64,000 nt of DNA from an uncultured Planctomycetota bacterium (GTDB taxonomy: Bacteria > Planctomycetota > Phycisphaerae > Tepidisphaerales > Tepidisphaeraceae). The position numbers and the translations under genes are program-made. The notes beneath the pieces were generated by a model that made no database searches, was not told where the DNA came from, and saw nothing but the letters and a program-made list of their open reading frames with translations. Shown piece by piece: positions 28,871 to 38,324 of the stretch. The stretch covers positions 1,216,001 through 1,280,000 of the forward strand of contig CAWJEN010000005.1 in the NCBI GenBank assembly GCA_963841915.1, read 5' to 3'. Each line of letters starts with the position of its first letter. Within the stretch, counting starts at the first letter, position 1.

Positions 28871-30301
28871 GTGAGTTCCGAGAAGCCGATGACCCAGCTT
28901 GCAGAAGATTCCCCCGCCATCCAGCGTGCTGTCCCCGCCGCCAAGCCGGGTGATGTGCAGCAGTCGCACCTCGATGCGGCCCACGCGTTTGCTCAGGAGG
29001 CCATTGGGCCTGATTGGCTTAAGGACGTGCGCGAGCGGGCGGTTCGTGTCTTCGAAAGGCGTGGGTTCCCCGGGAAGCGTGACGAGGCGTTTCGGTACAC
29101 GAACATGCGAGCAGTGGTCGGCACACGCTTCGCGCTCGGCACCGGTGACGAGGCCGCAGCCAAGGCGTTTGTGGACGAATATCGGATCGATGATGCGCTT
29201 GTGACGCTGGTGGTTGTCGACGGCCGCTTCAGTGCCGCCCTCAGCACCTCGGCCGACCTTCCCGACGGCGTCGCCCTCGGCGATCTAATGGACGCGGCCG
29301 ATCATGAAACCGTCCGTGACCATCTGACTCGGCAGGCGGACGTGGAGAAGAATCCCTTCGTCGCACTCAACACCGCCTTCCTGGGCGGCGGGGCAGTAAT
29401 CTCAGTCGCGAGTGGCGTCACGATCGACAAGCCGATCCACGTCCTGCACGTCAACACGGGTAAGTCCGCAATCGATGCTGCCGCTGTCGCCTACCCGCGG
29501 CTGCTCGTCGTCGCCGGTGACCAGGCAAACTTCTCGCTGGTCGAGACATTTACAGGACCTGCAGACACGACGTACCTGACCAACGCTGTCACGGAGATTG
29601 TCGCCGGCGACCACTGCGAGATCGACCACAACAAGCTCAACGCCGAGGGCGACAAGGCCCTGCACGTGGCGACGATGGAGGTGACGATCGGCACCGAAAC
29701 CAGGTTCGTCGACCACAACTCGACCATCGGCAGCCTGCTGACGCGTAATGACCTCAACTGCCACCTCGCCGGCCGGGCGGCTGACGCGACGCTCAGCGGC
29801 GTCGTCATTCTTGGCGGTGATCAACACTGTGATAATCACACGCTGCTCGACCACCAGGAGCCCGACTGCCCGAGCTTCGAGCTCTACAAGCATGTGCTCG
29901 ACGACAGGTCGACCGGCATCTTCAAGGGCCAGATTTTCGTGGCGCAAAAGGCACAGAAGACGGACAGCAAGCAGTCGAGCCGCACGCTGCTGCTCAGCCG
30001 CGACGCCCAGATGCAGAGCCAGCCGGCCCTGGAGATCTACGCCGACGACGTCAAGTGCACGCACGGCAGCACGACCGGCCCGCTCGACGAGGGCAGCGTC
30101 TTTTACCTCAACAGCCGAGGCGTGAGCACAGAGACCGCCCGCCGCTTGCTCACATACGCGTTCGCTGCAGACGTGACGCGACGCATCAAGGTCGACGCCG
30201 TCCGCCAGCGGGTCGAGGACTACATGGCCAAGCAGCACGGCCTGCCGACAGACTTCCGTATCCAGGAACTGACTGGCGCGACCGAGGACGTTGTCTTCTA
30301 G
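28871..30301 (+). CDS. sufD: Fe-S cluster assembly protein SufD
   Basis: EAFRYT, FVALNTAF, FKGQIFVAQKAQKTD, PALEIYADDVKCTHGST. Confidence 0.93.
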   Translation: MSSEKPMTQLAEDSPAIQRAVPAAKPGDVQQSHLDAAHAFAQEAIGPDWLKDVRERAVRVFERRGFPGKRDEAFRYTNMRAVVGTRFALGTGDEAAAKAFVDEYRIDDALVTLVVVDGRFSAALSTSADLPDGVALGDLMDAADHETVRDHLTRQADVEKNPFVALNTAFLGGGAVISVASGVTIDKPIHVLHVNTGKSAIDAAAVAYPRLLVVAGDQANFSLVETFTGPADTTYLTNAVTEIVAGDHCEIDHNKLNAEGDKALHVATMEVTIGTETRFVDHNSTIGSLLTRNDLNCHLAGRAADATLSGVVILGGDQHCDNHTLLDHQEPDCPSFELYKHVLDDRSTGIFKGQIFVAQKAQKTDSKQSSRTLLLSRDAQMQSQPALEIYADDVKCTHGSTTGPLDEGSVFYLNSRGVSTETARRLLTYAFAADVTRRIKVDAVRQRVEDYMAKQHGLPTDFRIQELTGATEDVVF

Positions 30302-30340
30302 AACCGTCGCGACCCGCCGAGCTGGCCATGGAGGATGCGG

Positions 30341-30784
30341 CTAGTCCTTCGACGAGCCGACAAGGTTTCGCCACGACATCTTGATGGACTCGAGCAGCGT
30401 GACTTCCTTGAAGTCGCGAAACTCTCCGGCGTCGAAGAACGTTCCGTGTCCGTCCTGGCACATCTCATATTCGATGTGCGGCTGCTCGGCATCCTGAATC
30501 GTCGTCATCGGGCCGCTGCACCGCGGGCACTTCATCTTCAAGACAGATGTCGCAGCCTTTTCTGCGGCCTTGGCACGGTTGGTGCCACTGTCAATGGACT
30601 CGCTTCCGGTGAGGCCTTTCAGGCGTTCCACCTCGCCGTCATCGAACCACAGTCCATCGCACGTGGGGCAGCGGTCGACGCTGATACGTGCGAATTCAAC
30701 CTTTTCCATCGGCACCTGGCACTTCGGGCACACGAGCGTCGTCGAGTCGTGCGTGGTGCTGCTGGCGGTCATTGGTGGCGGCAT
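30341..30784 (-). CDS. Tandem zf-TFIIB-type zinc-ribbon protein
   Basis: CPKC..DRCPTCDGLWFDDGE and CPRC..CQDGHGTFFDAGE repeats. Confidence 0.8.
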   Translation of the reverse strand: MPPPMTASSTTHDSTTLVCPKCQVPMEKVEFARISVDRCPTCDGLWFDDGEVERLKGLTGSESIDSGTNRAKAAEKAATSVLKMKCPRCSGPMTTIQDAEQPHIEYEMCQDGHGTFFDAGEFRDFKEVTLLESIKMSWRNLVGSSKD

Positions 30785-30908
30785 GTGCAGCATCTTCGCC
30801 TACCCGACCGAATGAGACTACTGCGTTTCTGCTCGCCGATCGGGATGTTGACGGTGGCGAATGGGTGAGCGGTTGCGTCAACTGCCGCTTTGTGGCCCAA
30901 TGCTAACC

Positions 30909-31967
30909 ATGAGCACCTACGAGGCAGTCGGAGACCGTTACAAGGCGAGGCATGACGGTTGGTTCCGGCGCGCAGGGCGGTCCGGGCTGAAGCTGCCTGC
31001 CGTGTCGCTGGGCCTGTGGCACAACTTCGGCGAGGCCGGGACTGATTCCGCCAAACACGGCGACGAAACGTCCATGCACGAGAGCGCTCGAAAGATCGTC
31101 TTCGCCGCCTTTGACGCCGGCATCACGCACTTCGACCTCGCCAACAACTACGGCCCGCCACCGGGCAGTGCAGAGGAGCGTTTTGGTCGCATTCTCAAAG
31201 ACGACCTGGCCAGCTACCGCGACGAACTCATCATCAGCACCAAGGCTGGTTACGACATGTGGGACGGCCCCTACGGCGACTTCGGCAGCCGAAAGTATCT
31301 GCTCAGCTCGCTCGACCAGTCACTAACGCGGCTCGGCTTGGACTATGTCGACGTCTTCTACCACCACCGTCCGGATCCCGAGACGCCGCTCGAGGAGACG
31401 CTGGGCGCACTCGATCAAGCCGTCAAGAGCGGCAAAGCTCTCTACGCAGCCGTCAGCAACTACTCGGCCAACACGACCCAGCAGGCGGCGCACATCGTTC
31501 GGCGGGACGGGCTGTCGACGCTTGTGCTGCATCAGCCGCGTTACAACATGTTCGACCGCTGGATCGAACGCGGCGAGCGGACCGGCGACAGCCTGATCGA
31601 GGTGTGCGGCAACGAGGGCATCGGCATGATCCCGTTCAGCCCGCTCGATCAGGGCATGCTCACGGACCGCTATCTCGACGGTGTGCCTGATGACAGTCGG
31701 GCGGCAAGCTCGTCGCAATTTCTTCAGGCCGACAACATTGATCAAAAGAAAATCAGTCGCGCCAAGCAGCTTCAGGTCATCGCCATGGAGCGTGGCCAGA
31801 CGCTGGCCCAGCTAGCCATTTCATGGCTGATTCGGGACGACCGAGTGACAAGCGCCCTCATCGGCGCCAGTCGGGCATCGCAGGTAGTCGACGCGGCGAA
31901 GTCGCTGGAAGCCGGCCCGCTCGACGCCGAGACGTTAGAGCGAATCGAAAGTATTCTCGGGAGCTAG
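30909..31967 (+). CDS. Aldo/keto reductase (YghZ/Gpr-like)
   Basis: SLGLWHNFG, HFDLANNYGPPPGSAE, STKAGYDMW, YHHRPDPETPLEET. Confidence 0.92.
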   Translation: MSTYEAVGDRYKARHDGWFRRAGRSGLKLPAVSLGLWHNFGEAGTDSAKHGDETSMHESARKIVFAAFDAGITHFDLANNYGPPPGSAEERFGRILKDDLASYRDELIISTKAGYDMWDGPYGDFGSRKYLLSSLDQSLTRLGLDYVDVFYHHRPDPETPLEETLGALDQAVKSGKALYAAVSNYSANTTQQAAHIVRRDGLSTLVLHQPRYNMFDRWIERGERTGDSLIEVCGNEGIGMIPFSPLDQGMLTDRYLDGVPDDSRAASSSQFLQADNIDQKKISRAKQLQVIAMERGQTLAQLAISWLIRDDRVTSALIGASRASQVVDAAKSLEAGPLDAETLERIESILGS

Positions 31968-33004
31968 GCCAGGACGTCCGCAGCGGCGATGAGCGTGCGC
32001 TCGATGCCGGCGGTGTCGACATCGAGGTGCGTGACCGCCCGCACGCGGCCGTGGAGCAGTGACAAGTCGATGCCACGAGCGTCCATCGCCTCGACAAACT
32101 GGGTCGCCGGCATCGTGGTGATGTCGAAGAAGACGATGTTCGTCTGCGGCTCCCTGACGAGCGTGATGCCGTCGATGGTTGCCAGACCCTCGGCAAGCTT
32201 TGTCGCATGCTCGTGGTCGATCGACAGTCGCTCGACGTGGTGGTCAAGGGCGTGCAACGCCCCGGCGGCGATGATGCCGGCTTGACGCATCGCACCGCCG
32301 AACAGGTGCTTGTAGCGGCGGGCACGCTCGATGAAGTCACGGCTACCGGCCAGGGCAGCACCTACGGGGGCACCGAGCCCTTTGCTGAAGTCGATCCAGG
32401 CCGAGTCAAATCCGTGGCACAACTCCGCCATCGGCACGCCGAGCGACGCGGCGGCGTTGGGCAGACGAGCGCCGTCACAGTGCGTGCGAAGGCCAAGGTC
32501 GCGCGAGACGCTCAGCACGTCGCGAAGCTGATCGACCGGCCACGCGAGGCCACCTGCAAAATTGTGCGTGTTCTCGACGCACACCAGCCGGGGCGGCGGG
32601 GCGTACAAGCCGAGCGACAGGTGGTCGACCCGCTGTCGAACATCGTCGGCTCTGAACGTGCCGTCGGCAGACTCGATGGCCTCGATCATGACGCCTGACG
32701 CCACGCCCGGTCCGCCACACTCGGCACGGATGATGTGGCAGCTTCGCTCGCACAAGACGGCGTCGCCGGGTTGCGTGTGCGTCTTGACGGCGATGAGGTT
32801 GCACATCGCCCCGCTGGGCAGAAACAACGCTGTCTCCATGCCGAGCAGGTCGGCAACCCGCTCGCACAAAGCGTTGACGGTCGGATCTTGGCCGCGTTGC
32901 TCGTCACCGACGGGAGCGTCGGCCATTGCCTGCCGCATCGCCCGGGTCGGCTGCGTTTGCGTATCGCTGTAGAGGTTGACGCGATCGGCCACCGGACTGC
33001 TCAC
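31964..33004 (-). CDS. ltaE: Low-specificity L-threonine aldolase
   Basis: SDTQTQPT, DPTVNAL, ENTHN, HCDGARL, FSKGLGAPVG, GGAMRQAG. Confidence 0.9.
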   Translation of the reverse strand: MSSPVADRVNLYSDTQTQPTRAMRQAMADAPVGDEQRGQDPTVNALCERVADLLGMETALFLPSGAMCNLIAVKTHTQPGDAVLCERSCHIIRAECGGPGVASGVMIEAIESADGTFRADDVRQRVDHLSLGLYAPPPRLVCVENTHNFAGGLAWPVDQLRDVLSVSRDLGLRTHCDGARLPNAAASLGVPMAELCHGFDSAWIDFSKGLGAPVGAALAGSRDFIERARRYKHLFGGAMRQAGIIAAGALHALDHHVERLSIDHEHATKLAEGLATIDGITLVREPQTNIVFFDITTMPATQFVEAMDARGIDLSLLHGRVRAVTHLDVDTAGIERTLIAAADVLA

Positions 33005-34554
33005 TCGTCGCCCTCTATCGCGCGATTCCGTTCGGCTGCCTCACCCCGAAGAACGTCCATCGGGTTGCCGCCGCCTTCTTCGTCTAGCGGTTCTTCGGCG
33101 GGTGTATTGGACGAGCCGGCATCGGCATCGCTTGCCGCCGCGCCCGCGGTTGCTTCGGGATCACGACCTTCCTGAGCGGCCAGCTCGGCCTCTGCCGGGT
33201 CGGCGGGGTCCATCGTCAAGCCCATGCGGAGCATGTCGAAAGCCTCGGTGCCTCGACCAAGATCGTCGCCGCCATCGACGCCGGTCAGGGCGTCGTCTAG
33301 CCGCCGCTTGGTGGTTTCCTTGCGAAGGACCTGTGTGCGGCCGTCCTGTGTCACGTACTGGTAGATCCGCTGCCCACCCAGTGGCAGCCGGGCGAGCTCC
33401 TTGAACTCGAGGAACGCACCATCAGGCATCGACTGGCCGTCGAGCAGGTTCGTCGGCACCTCGTAGACGAGGTCAACGCCGGTCGAGGCGAGCAGGCGAT
33501 CGTCGGGCGAAGCGAGCACCAGGATCCTGGACGAGTCGAGGGTGCCGATCGGGAACATCTGCTTGCCGCCGATCGCCAGTCGTGCGTTGGCCGGGCCGAA
33601 GCGGACAAGGCCGTCGGTCCCGGCATCTTCGCCGAACATCAGTCGCACGACGATCGGCGTCACGTCGGCGGCGGGGCGGTAGGTCGGCTCGATCTTTCGC
33701 TCGCGGAACCAGTCATCACCCGCGGCCGTCGGGATGTCGTCGCCGAACTGACTGTTTTCGCCGAACGTCATCGCAAAGAGTCCGCCGCGATCGCCGAGGC
33801 GAACATCAACGCGTTCGCCGAAGTTGACCGCGTAACGCTTGGCAGCGGATTCGATACCGACGCGTCGACCGTAGAGGGCATCGACGAATCCGCCGCCGCC
33901 TTCTGGGTAGATGCGGCCGAAGTCACTCGTGCCGCTGAGGCTGCCGCCCATGTCGTTGCTGACGCGTCCGACGAGCCCGGCCAACCACTGGTCGACGGGC
34001 AGCCACAACGACGTCCGCGTCGTCACGGCGTCTGGCCCGCCAATGCGGTCGGCGACGACAGTCGTCATCGGGATGTCACTCGGATCATCACGCTTGACGC
34101 GATATAGCGAACCGGCCAACCGACGGTCTGCCGGAAATTCATAATCCGCCATCTCGTAAGGCTCGTGCATCAGCATTGCTCCGCCGAATGGCAACATCTG
34201 AGCCATGGTCGCGACGATGCCGCTGGCAAAGAAGCCGACGATTAGACCCGCTACCGCAGCACCGGCCTTGTCGAAGACCACCGGATACCGCACGTTGCTT
34301 GGCAGGAAACTGTCCAGGAACGCCCGCAGTAACGCGTACGTCACGGCAAACAGAGCGGTCAGTGCGACCGCGTCGCCGTACGCGCCCAAGAGGTCAGGCC
34401 CGATCGTGCGGAGCAGCGACTCGTGGAAGCCGAACGCGACGAACGTGGCCACCGCGGCAGCGACGAGGGAGACGGTCGAGTTGAACAGGCCCTGCGTGTA
34501 GTGGAAGAAAGCCACCACGCCCAGAACTGCAATGACGATAATGCTCAGAATCAT
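33001..34554 (-). CDS. Membrane protein with CvpA-like N-terminus and large unknown soluble domain
   Basis: Four N-terminal TM helices with a DKAGAAVAGLI..G motif, followed by ~400 aa with no recognised family. Confidence 0.65.
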   Translation of the reverse strand: MILSIIVIAVLGVVAFFHYTQGLFNSTVSLVAAAVATFVAFGFHESLLRTIGPDLLGAYGDAVALTALFAVTYALLRAFLDSFLPSNVRYPVVFDKAGAAVAGLIVGFFASGIVATMAQMLPFGGAMLMHEPYEMADYEFPADRRLAGSLYRVKRDDPSDIPMTTVVADRIGGPDAVTTRTSLWLPVDQWLAGLVGRVSNDMGGSLSGTSDFGRIYPEGGGGFVDALYGRRVGIESAAKRYAVNFGERVDVRLGDRGGLFAMTFGENSQFGDDIPTAAGDDWFRERKIEPTYRPAADVTPIVVRLMFGEDAGTDGLVRFGPANARLAIGGKQMFPIGTLDSSRILVLASPDDRLLASTGVDLVYEVPTNLLDGQSMPDGAFLEFKELARLPLGGQRIYQYVTQDGRTQVLRKETTKRRLDDALTGVDGGDDLGRGTEAFDMLRMGLTMDPADPAEAELAAQEGRDPEATAGAAASDADAGSSNTPAEEPLDEEGGGNPMDVLRGEAAERNRAIEGDE

Positions 34555-34575
34555 GGCGTCGGGTAGAGAGGGTGC

Positions 34576-36363
34576 TTACTTGGATGGTCGTGCTTTGGAC
34601 GATGACGATCCACCGCCGAGAACGCGCTGGACCTCGCCCAAGTCGGTACGACCGGCAATGACGTGCCGGATGGCAGCTTCGTTGAGCGTCCGCAGGTTGG
34701 CGGCGCGGAGCAGGTTGCGGACGACAGAGGGCGACGGATCCTTGAGCAATTGCTTGCGGACGTCGCTGTTGACGGGCATGACCTCGAAGGCGGCGGTGCG
34801 GCCCTTGTAGCCGAGTCCGCCGCAGAACGGGCAGGTGACGGGGTTGCCACGCTGGTCCATCATCGGCTCGGTGCGGGCCTTGTAGAGCTCGCTGACCTTG
34901 CCCTTGGAGATTCCAAGTTTCGCCAAAGCGTTATCGCTCGGCTCGTACGGGACCTTGCAGGCGTCGCACAACTTCCGCATGATTCGGCCGGCGACCACGA
35001 GCTGCAGCTTGGCCAATGCGGCCTTAGCGTCGCCGATCTGCTTGATCCAGGTGTTGATCGCTGCGGCGGCGTCATCGGCACGCAGGCCGACGTACGCCAC
35101 CGGGCCGGGCTCTTCGACGACACGCAGAACCTCCTTGGCCGCCTGATTTCCCGCAGGGCGATCGGCTAGGAACACGTCAGGCCGTTGATCCGCCAGCCAC
35201 GAGTACTGCTTGGCGTGTTCGTTCGGATTCTCGCCGACGGTCGTCTGCTGGATGCCTTCGAGTTCGAGGCGTGGGGACCGCTCTGCGGTGACGATGTGCC
35301 TCGTGAAGGCATCATGTTCGTGGAGCAGGCCATATTCGAGAGCGTCGAGCCCGCCCCCTTCGGGTGCCGCGGCCAGGACCAGGCCGCCGTCACTGTCGCG
35401 GAAGGCCTCGAGCTGCTCCTTCTGCGGCGTGGACAGGCCGAGCTGCGAGGCCCGCAGCTTGTACCGATTCTCTACATCGACTTCCAGCACCGCCGTTTCG
35501 CCCGTGCGGGTGCCGCGGGTGGTGAGCTGAATGCTGTGCGAGCCCTTGCTCGTGCGTGCTTTGAACTGACCGACCTGGACCTTGCGGGTCTCGGAGGTGT
35601 CGAGCCCGCCGAGTTCTTTGAGGTAAGCGATGGCATGGATGGCCGCTTCGGCTTCGTAGGCGAGGCCGGCATGGTCGACGCCGTCGACGGTCATCTTCGT
35701 GCCGAAGCGTTCCTGTGCGGGTGCCTCTGCGGTGGCCGGTCGCGGGCTGATCTGGACGATGGCGATCCGCTCGGATTCTTTCTCGAGCGGGTCTGCCAAC
35801 ATCTGGTGGGCCGTGTTCATGCCGAGTTTGCCGGCCTCGTCGTCGTCGCTGACGCTGAGCTTCTTGCCAGACTTGCTGGTAAGCGTGACGTTGCCTGCGG
35901 CAATGGCCTCTTCCTTCTCCTTTTCCTTGACCTTGTCCTTTTTCTTCGGAGACAGCAGGTCCTTGACGTAGGCCTTGAACTGATCGGGCAGGTCCTTGAG
36001 GCCGACCGTCGAATTGCGCCAGACAAGATAGCCGATGATGCCACCCGCCAGCAGGACAACGGTGGCACCAAGGGCCATCCAGAAGTTCGGCAGGAAGATG
36101 ATCAGCGCCAGCGTGACCACCAGCAGCACCCAAAGGCCGATGTTGATCGGCTCACGGGGCAGGCGGGCAGGTGTCGCGTCCTTGTCGACGAACTGCATCG
36201 TCCGCAGAAACGAGACGATGCCGATGAACAGCAGGAGGAGCTTCCACCAGCCGATGTAGGGGCCGACGTCCAGCGTCGAGCCACCACCGTCAGCCCCTGC
36301 GGCTTGGGCGAGCGGGGTCAGGATCAGAGACAAGGCGTTGAAGTCGTGCACGGGCGGCGACAT
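34576..36363 (-). CDS. GspE/PilB-like protein with N-terminal TM helices and degenerate ATPase motifs
   Basis: C-terminus RKLCDAC..CPFCGGLGYKGRTAAFE and GRTDLGEVQRV typical of GspE/PilB; Walker A position reads APEGGGLDA. Confidence 0.75.
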   Translation of the reverse strand: MSPPVHDFNALSLILTPLAQAAGADGGGSTLDVGPYIGWWKLLLLFIGIVSFLRTMQFVDKDATPARLPREPINIGLWVLLVVTLALIIFLPNFWMALGATVVLLAGGIIGYLVWRNSTVGLKDLPDQFKAYVKDLLSPKKKDKVKEKEKEEAIAAGNVTLTSKSGKKLSVSDDDEAGKLGMNTAHQMLADPLEKESERIAIVQISPRPATAEAPAQERFGTKMTVDGVDHAGLAYEAEAAIHAIAYLKELGGLDTSETRKVQVGQFKARTSKGSHSIQLTTRGTRTGETAVLEVDVENRYKLRASQLGLSTPQKEQLEAFRDSDGGLVLAAAPEGGGLDALEYGLLHEHDAFTRHIVTAERSPRLELEGIQQTTVGENPNEHAKQYSWLADQRPDVFLADRPAGNQAAKEVLRVVEEPGPVAYVGLRADDAAAAINTWIKQIGDAKAALAKLQLVVAGRIMRKLCDACKVPYEPSDNALAKLGISKGKVSELYKARTEPMMDQRGNPVTCPFCGGLGYKGRTAAFEVMPVNSDVRKQLLKDPSPSVVRNLLRAANLRTLNEAAIRHVIAGRTDLGEVQRVLGGGSSSSKARPSK

Positions 36364-36515
36364 CCGAATCCTCCGGACGGATCGGGCTGAAATGGAGACG
36401 CGAGCGGTGCCGGGCGGCGTTGGGGTGCTCGCGGTGAGGCGGGAGCGTCATCGTAACGCGAAAGCTGCCGTCTGGCGAACCGGCGGACCGTTCGGCACGG
36501 CAATGCTCCCGAACA

Positions 36516-37622
36516 TCACGCCGCGTACGGCTCAAACGGCAGGTCCAGCGCCGTCGCGACCGGCCGATACGTCACCTTCCCGGCGTGCAGATTCAGCCCC
36601 GCCGCCAGGCCCGCGTCCTGGGCCAACGCCTCCTTCACCCCAGCGTCGGCGAGCGCCACCACGTAGGGCAACGTCGCATTACACAGCGCAAACGTGCTCG
36701 TTCGGCTCACCGCACCGGGCATGTTGGCCACGCAGTAGTGCACGACGCCGTCGATGACGAAGGTCGGCTCGTGGTGCGTCGTCGGCCGCGTCGTCTCGAT
36801 GCAGCCGCCCTGATCGACTGCGACATCGACGATAACAGCCCCGTCTTTCATGCCCGGCAACATGTCACGCGTCACGAGCCTCGGCGCCTTGGCCCCGGGA
36901 ATGAGCACCGCACCGATAACCAGATCGGCCCGGTTCACGTACTCGGCGATGGTGTGTGGATCGCTGAAGACCGTCTTGACGTTGGCGGGCATGATGTCGT
37001 CGAGGTACCGAAGCCGATCGATGTTGATGTCGAGGATGTCGACGTTCGCTCCCATGCCGGCGGCAATTTTGGCGGCGCAGGTGCCGACGATGCCGCCGCC
37101 CAGCACGCAGACGTCGCCCGGTGCCACACCCGGCACGCCACCCAGCAGCACGCCGCGACCACCGTTGGGCCGCTCGAGGTACTTGGCACCTTCCTGAACA
37201 CTCATTTTTCCGGCAATTTCGCTCATCGGTGTCAGCAATGGCAGGCGGCCCTCGGCATCGACCACCGTCTCGTAGGCGATTGCGGTGATGTTCGCGTCGA
37301 GACACGCCTGCGTGATCTCCGGCGCAGCGGCCAGGTGGTAGTAGCCGAAGACCGTCTGCCCCGGCTTGTACATTGCCGCCTCAGAGACTTGCGGCTCCTT
37401 TACCTTCACGATCATGTCGGCCTGCTCGCAGATAGCCTGGGCCGAAGAGACAATCGTCGCGCCGGCAGCCTCGAACTCGGCGTCGGTGAGCCCGCTGCCT
37501 AAGCCCGCGCCCCGCTCGATCAGCACGGTGTGACCCCGCCTTGTCAGCGTGGCAGCGCCGGCTGGGACCAGGGCGATGCGACTTTCGTCGGCCTTTATCT
37601 CGGTAGGAACGCCAACGATCAT
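36516..37622 (-). CDS. ald: Alanine dehydrogenase
   Basis: [53 protein letters not shown]. Confidence 0.96.
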   Translation of the reverse strand: MIVGVPTEIKADESRIALVPAGAATLTRRGHTVLIERGAGLGSGLTDAEFEAAGATIVSSAQAICEQADMIVKVKEPQVSEAAMYKPGQTVFGYYHLAAAPEITQACLDANITAIAYETVVDAEGRLPLLTPMSEIAGKMSVQEGAKYLERPNGGRGVLLGGVPGVAPGDVCVLGGGIVGTCAAKIAAGMGANVDILDINIDRLRYLDDIMPANVKTVFSDPHTIAEYVNRADLVIGAVLIPGAKAPRLVTRDMLPGMKDGAVIVDVAVDQGGCIETTRPTTHHEPTFVIDGVVHYCVANMPGAVSRTSTFALCNATLPYVVALADAGVKEALAQDAGLAAGLNLHAGKVTYRPVATALDLPFEPYAA

Positions 37623-37715
37623 GGGCCAAAGCGTATTGCCGTCAAAGGCACGATGTGTGACCGGCCGCTTGCGACGTTGCCCGCGTGCCGGGTGGCCGGT
37701 AGTCTCGCTGCGAAG

Positions 37716-38207
37716 ATGGCCGATACGTCCGACGATTCTGCAGGCGATGCCTTGCCTCCTGCGGGAAGCGGACCGGTCAGCGTGGTCGGACCGACGCCGC
37801 AGGGCGTGCCGATGGAGCTGAGCCGCATCATCATCAGCGAGCTGCAGGATCAGCAGATCATCGTCCTGCAGGAAATCGACGGCCCGCGTCAGTTTCCCAT
37901 CGTGATCGGCAGCCCGGAGGCCATCGCCATCGACCGCCGACTCAAAGGCATCGTCCATGCCCGACCGCTCACGCACGACCTGCTGGCAACCGTCGTCGAA
38001 GCGCTCGGCGGCACGATCAGCCGCATCGAGATCCATAACCTGCAGGATCACACCTTCTTCGCCCGCATCATCATCAAGCGCAAAGGTGCGAAAGGTACGG
38101 ACTGGATAGAGGTCGACAGCCGCCCGAGCGACGCACTCGCAGTCGGCGTGGCAACGAACGTGCCGGTCTACGTGGCAGAGCACGTGCTAAATGACGTCAT
38201 CGGCTAA
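37716..38207 (+). CDS. Bifunctional nuclease family protein (DUF151)
   Basis: FPIVIG..EA.AI, RPLTHDL, DSRPSDALA. Confidence 0.9.
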   Translation: MADTSDDSAGDALPPAGSGPVSVVGPTPQGVPMELSRIIISELQDQQIIVLQEIDGPRQFPIVIGSPEAIAIDRRLKGIVHARPLTHDLLATVVEALGGTISRIEIHNLQDHTFFARIIIKRKGAKGTDWIEVDSRPSDALAVGVATNVPVYVAEHVLNDVIG

Positions 38208-38324
38208 CGACCTGTCGGCCACCCTGTTGTGCAAGTGCAGTTCATGGACTGCCAGTCCCGATGTTAAACGAAGGTTGGCTCCCGGCCGCGCTGCCCGGTG
38301 TTCTAAGGCGAAGTCACGGCGGGA

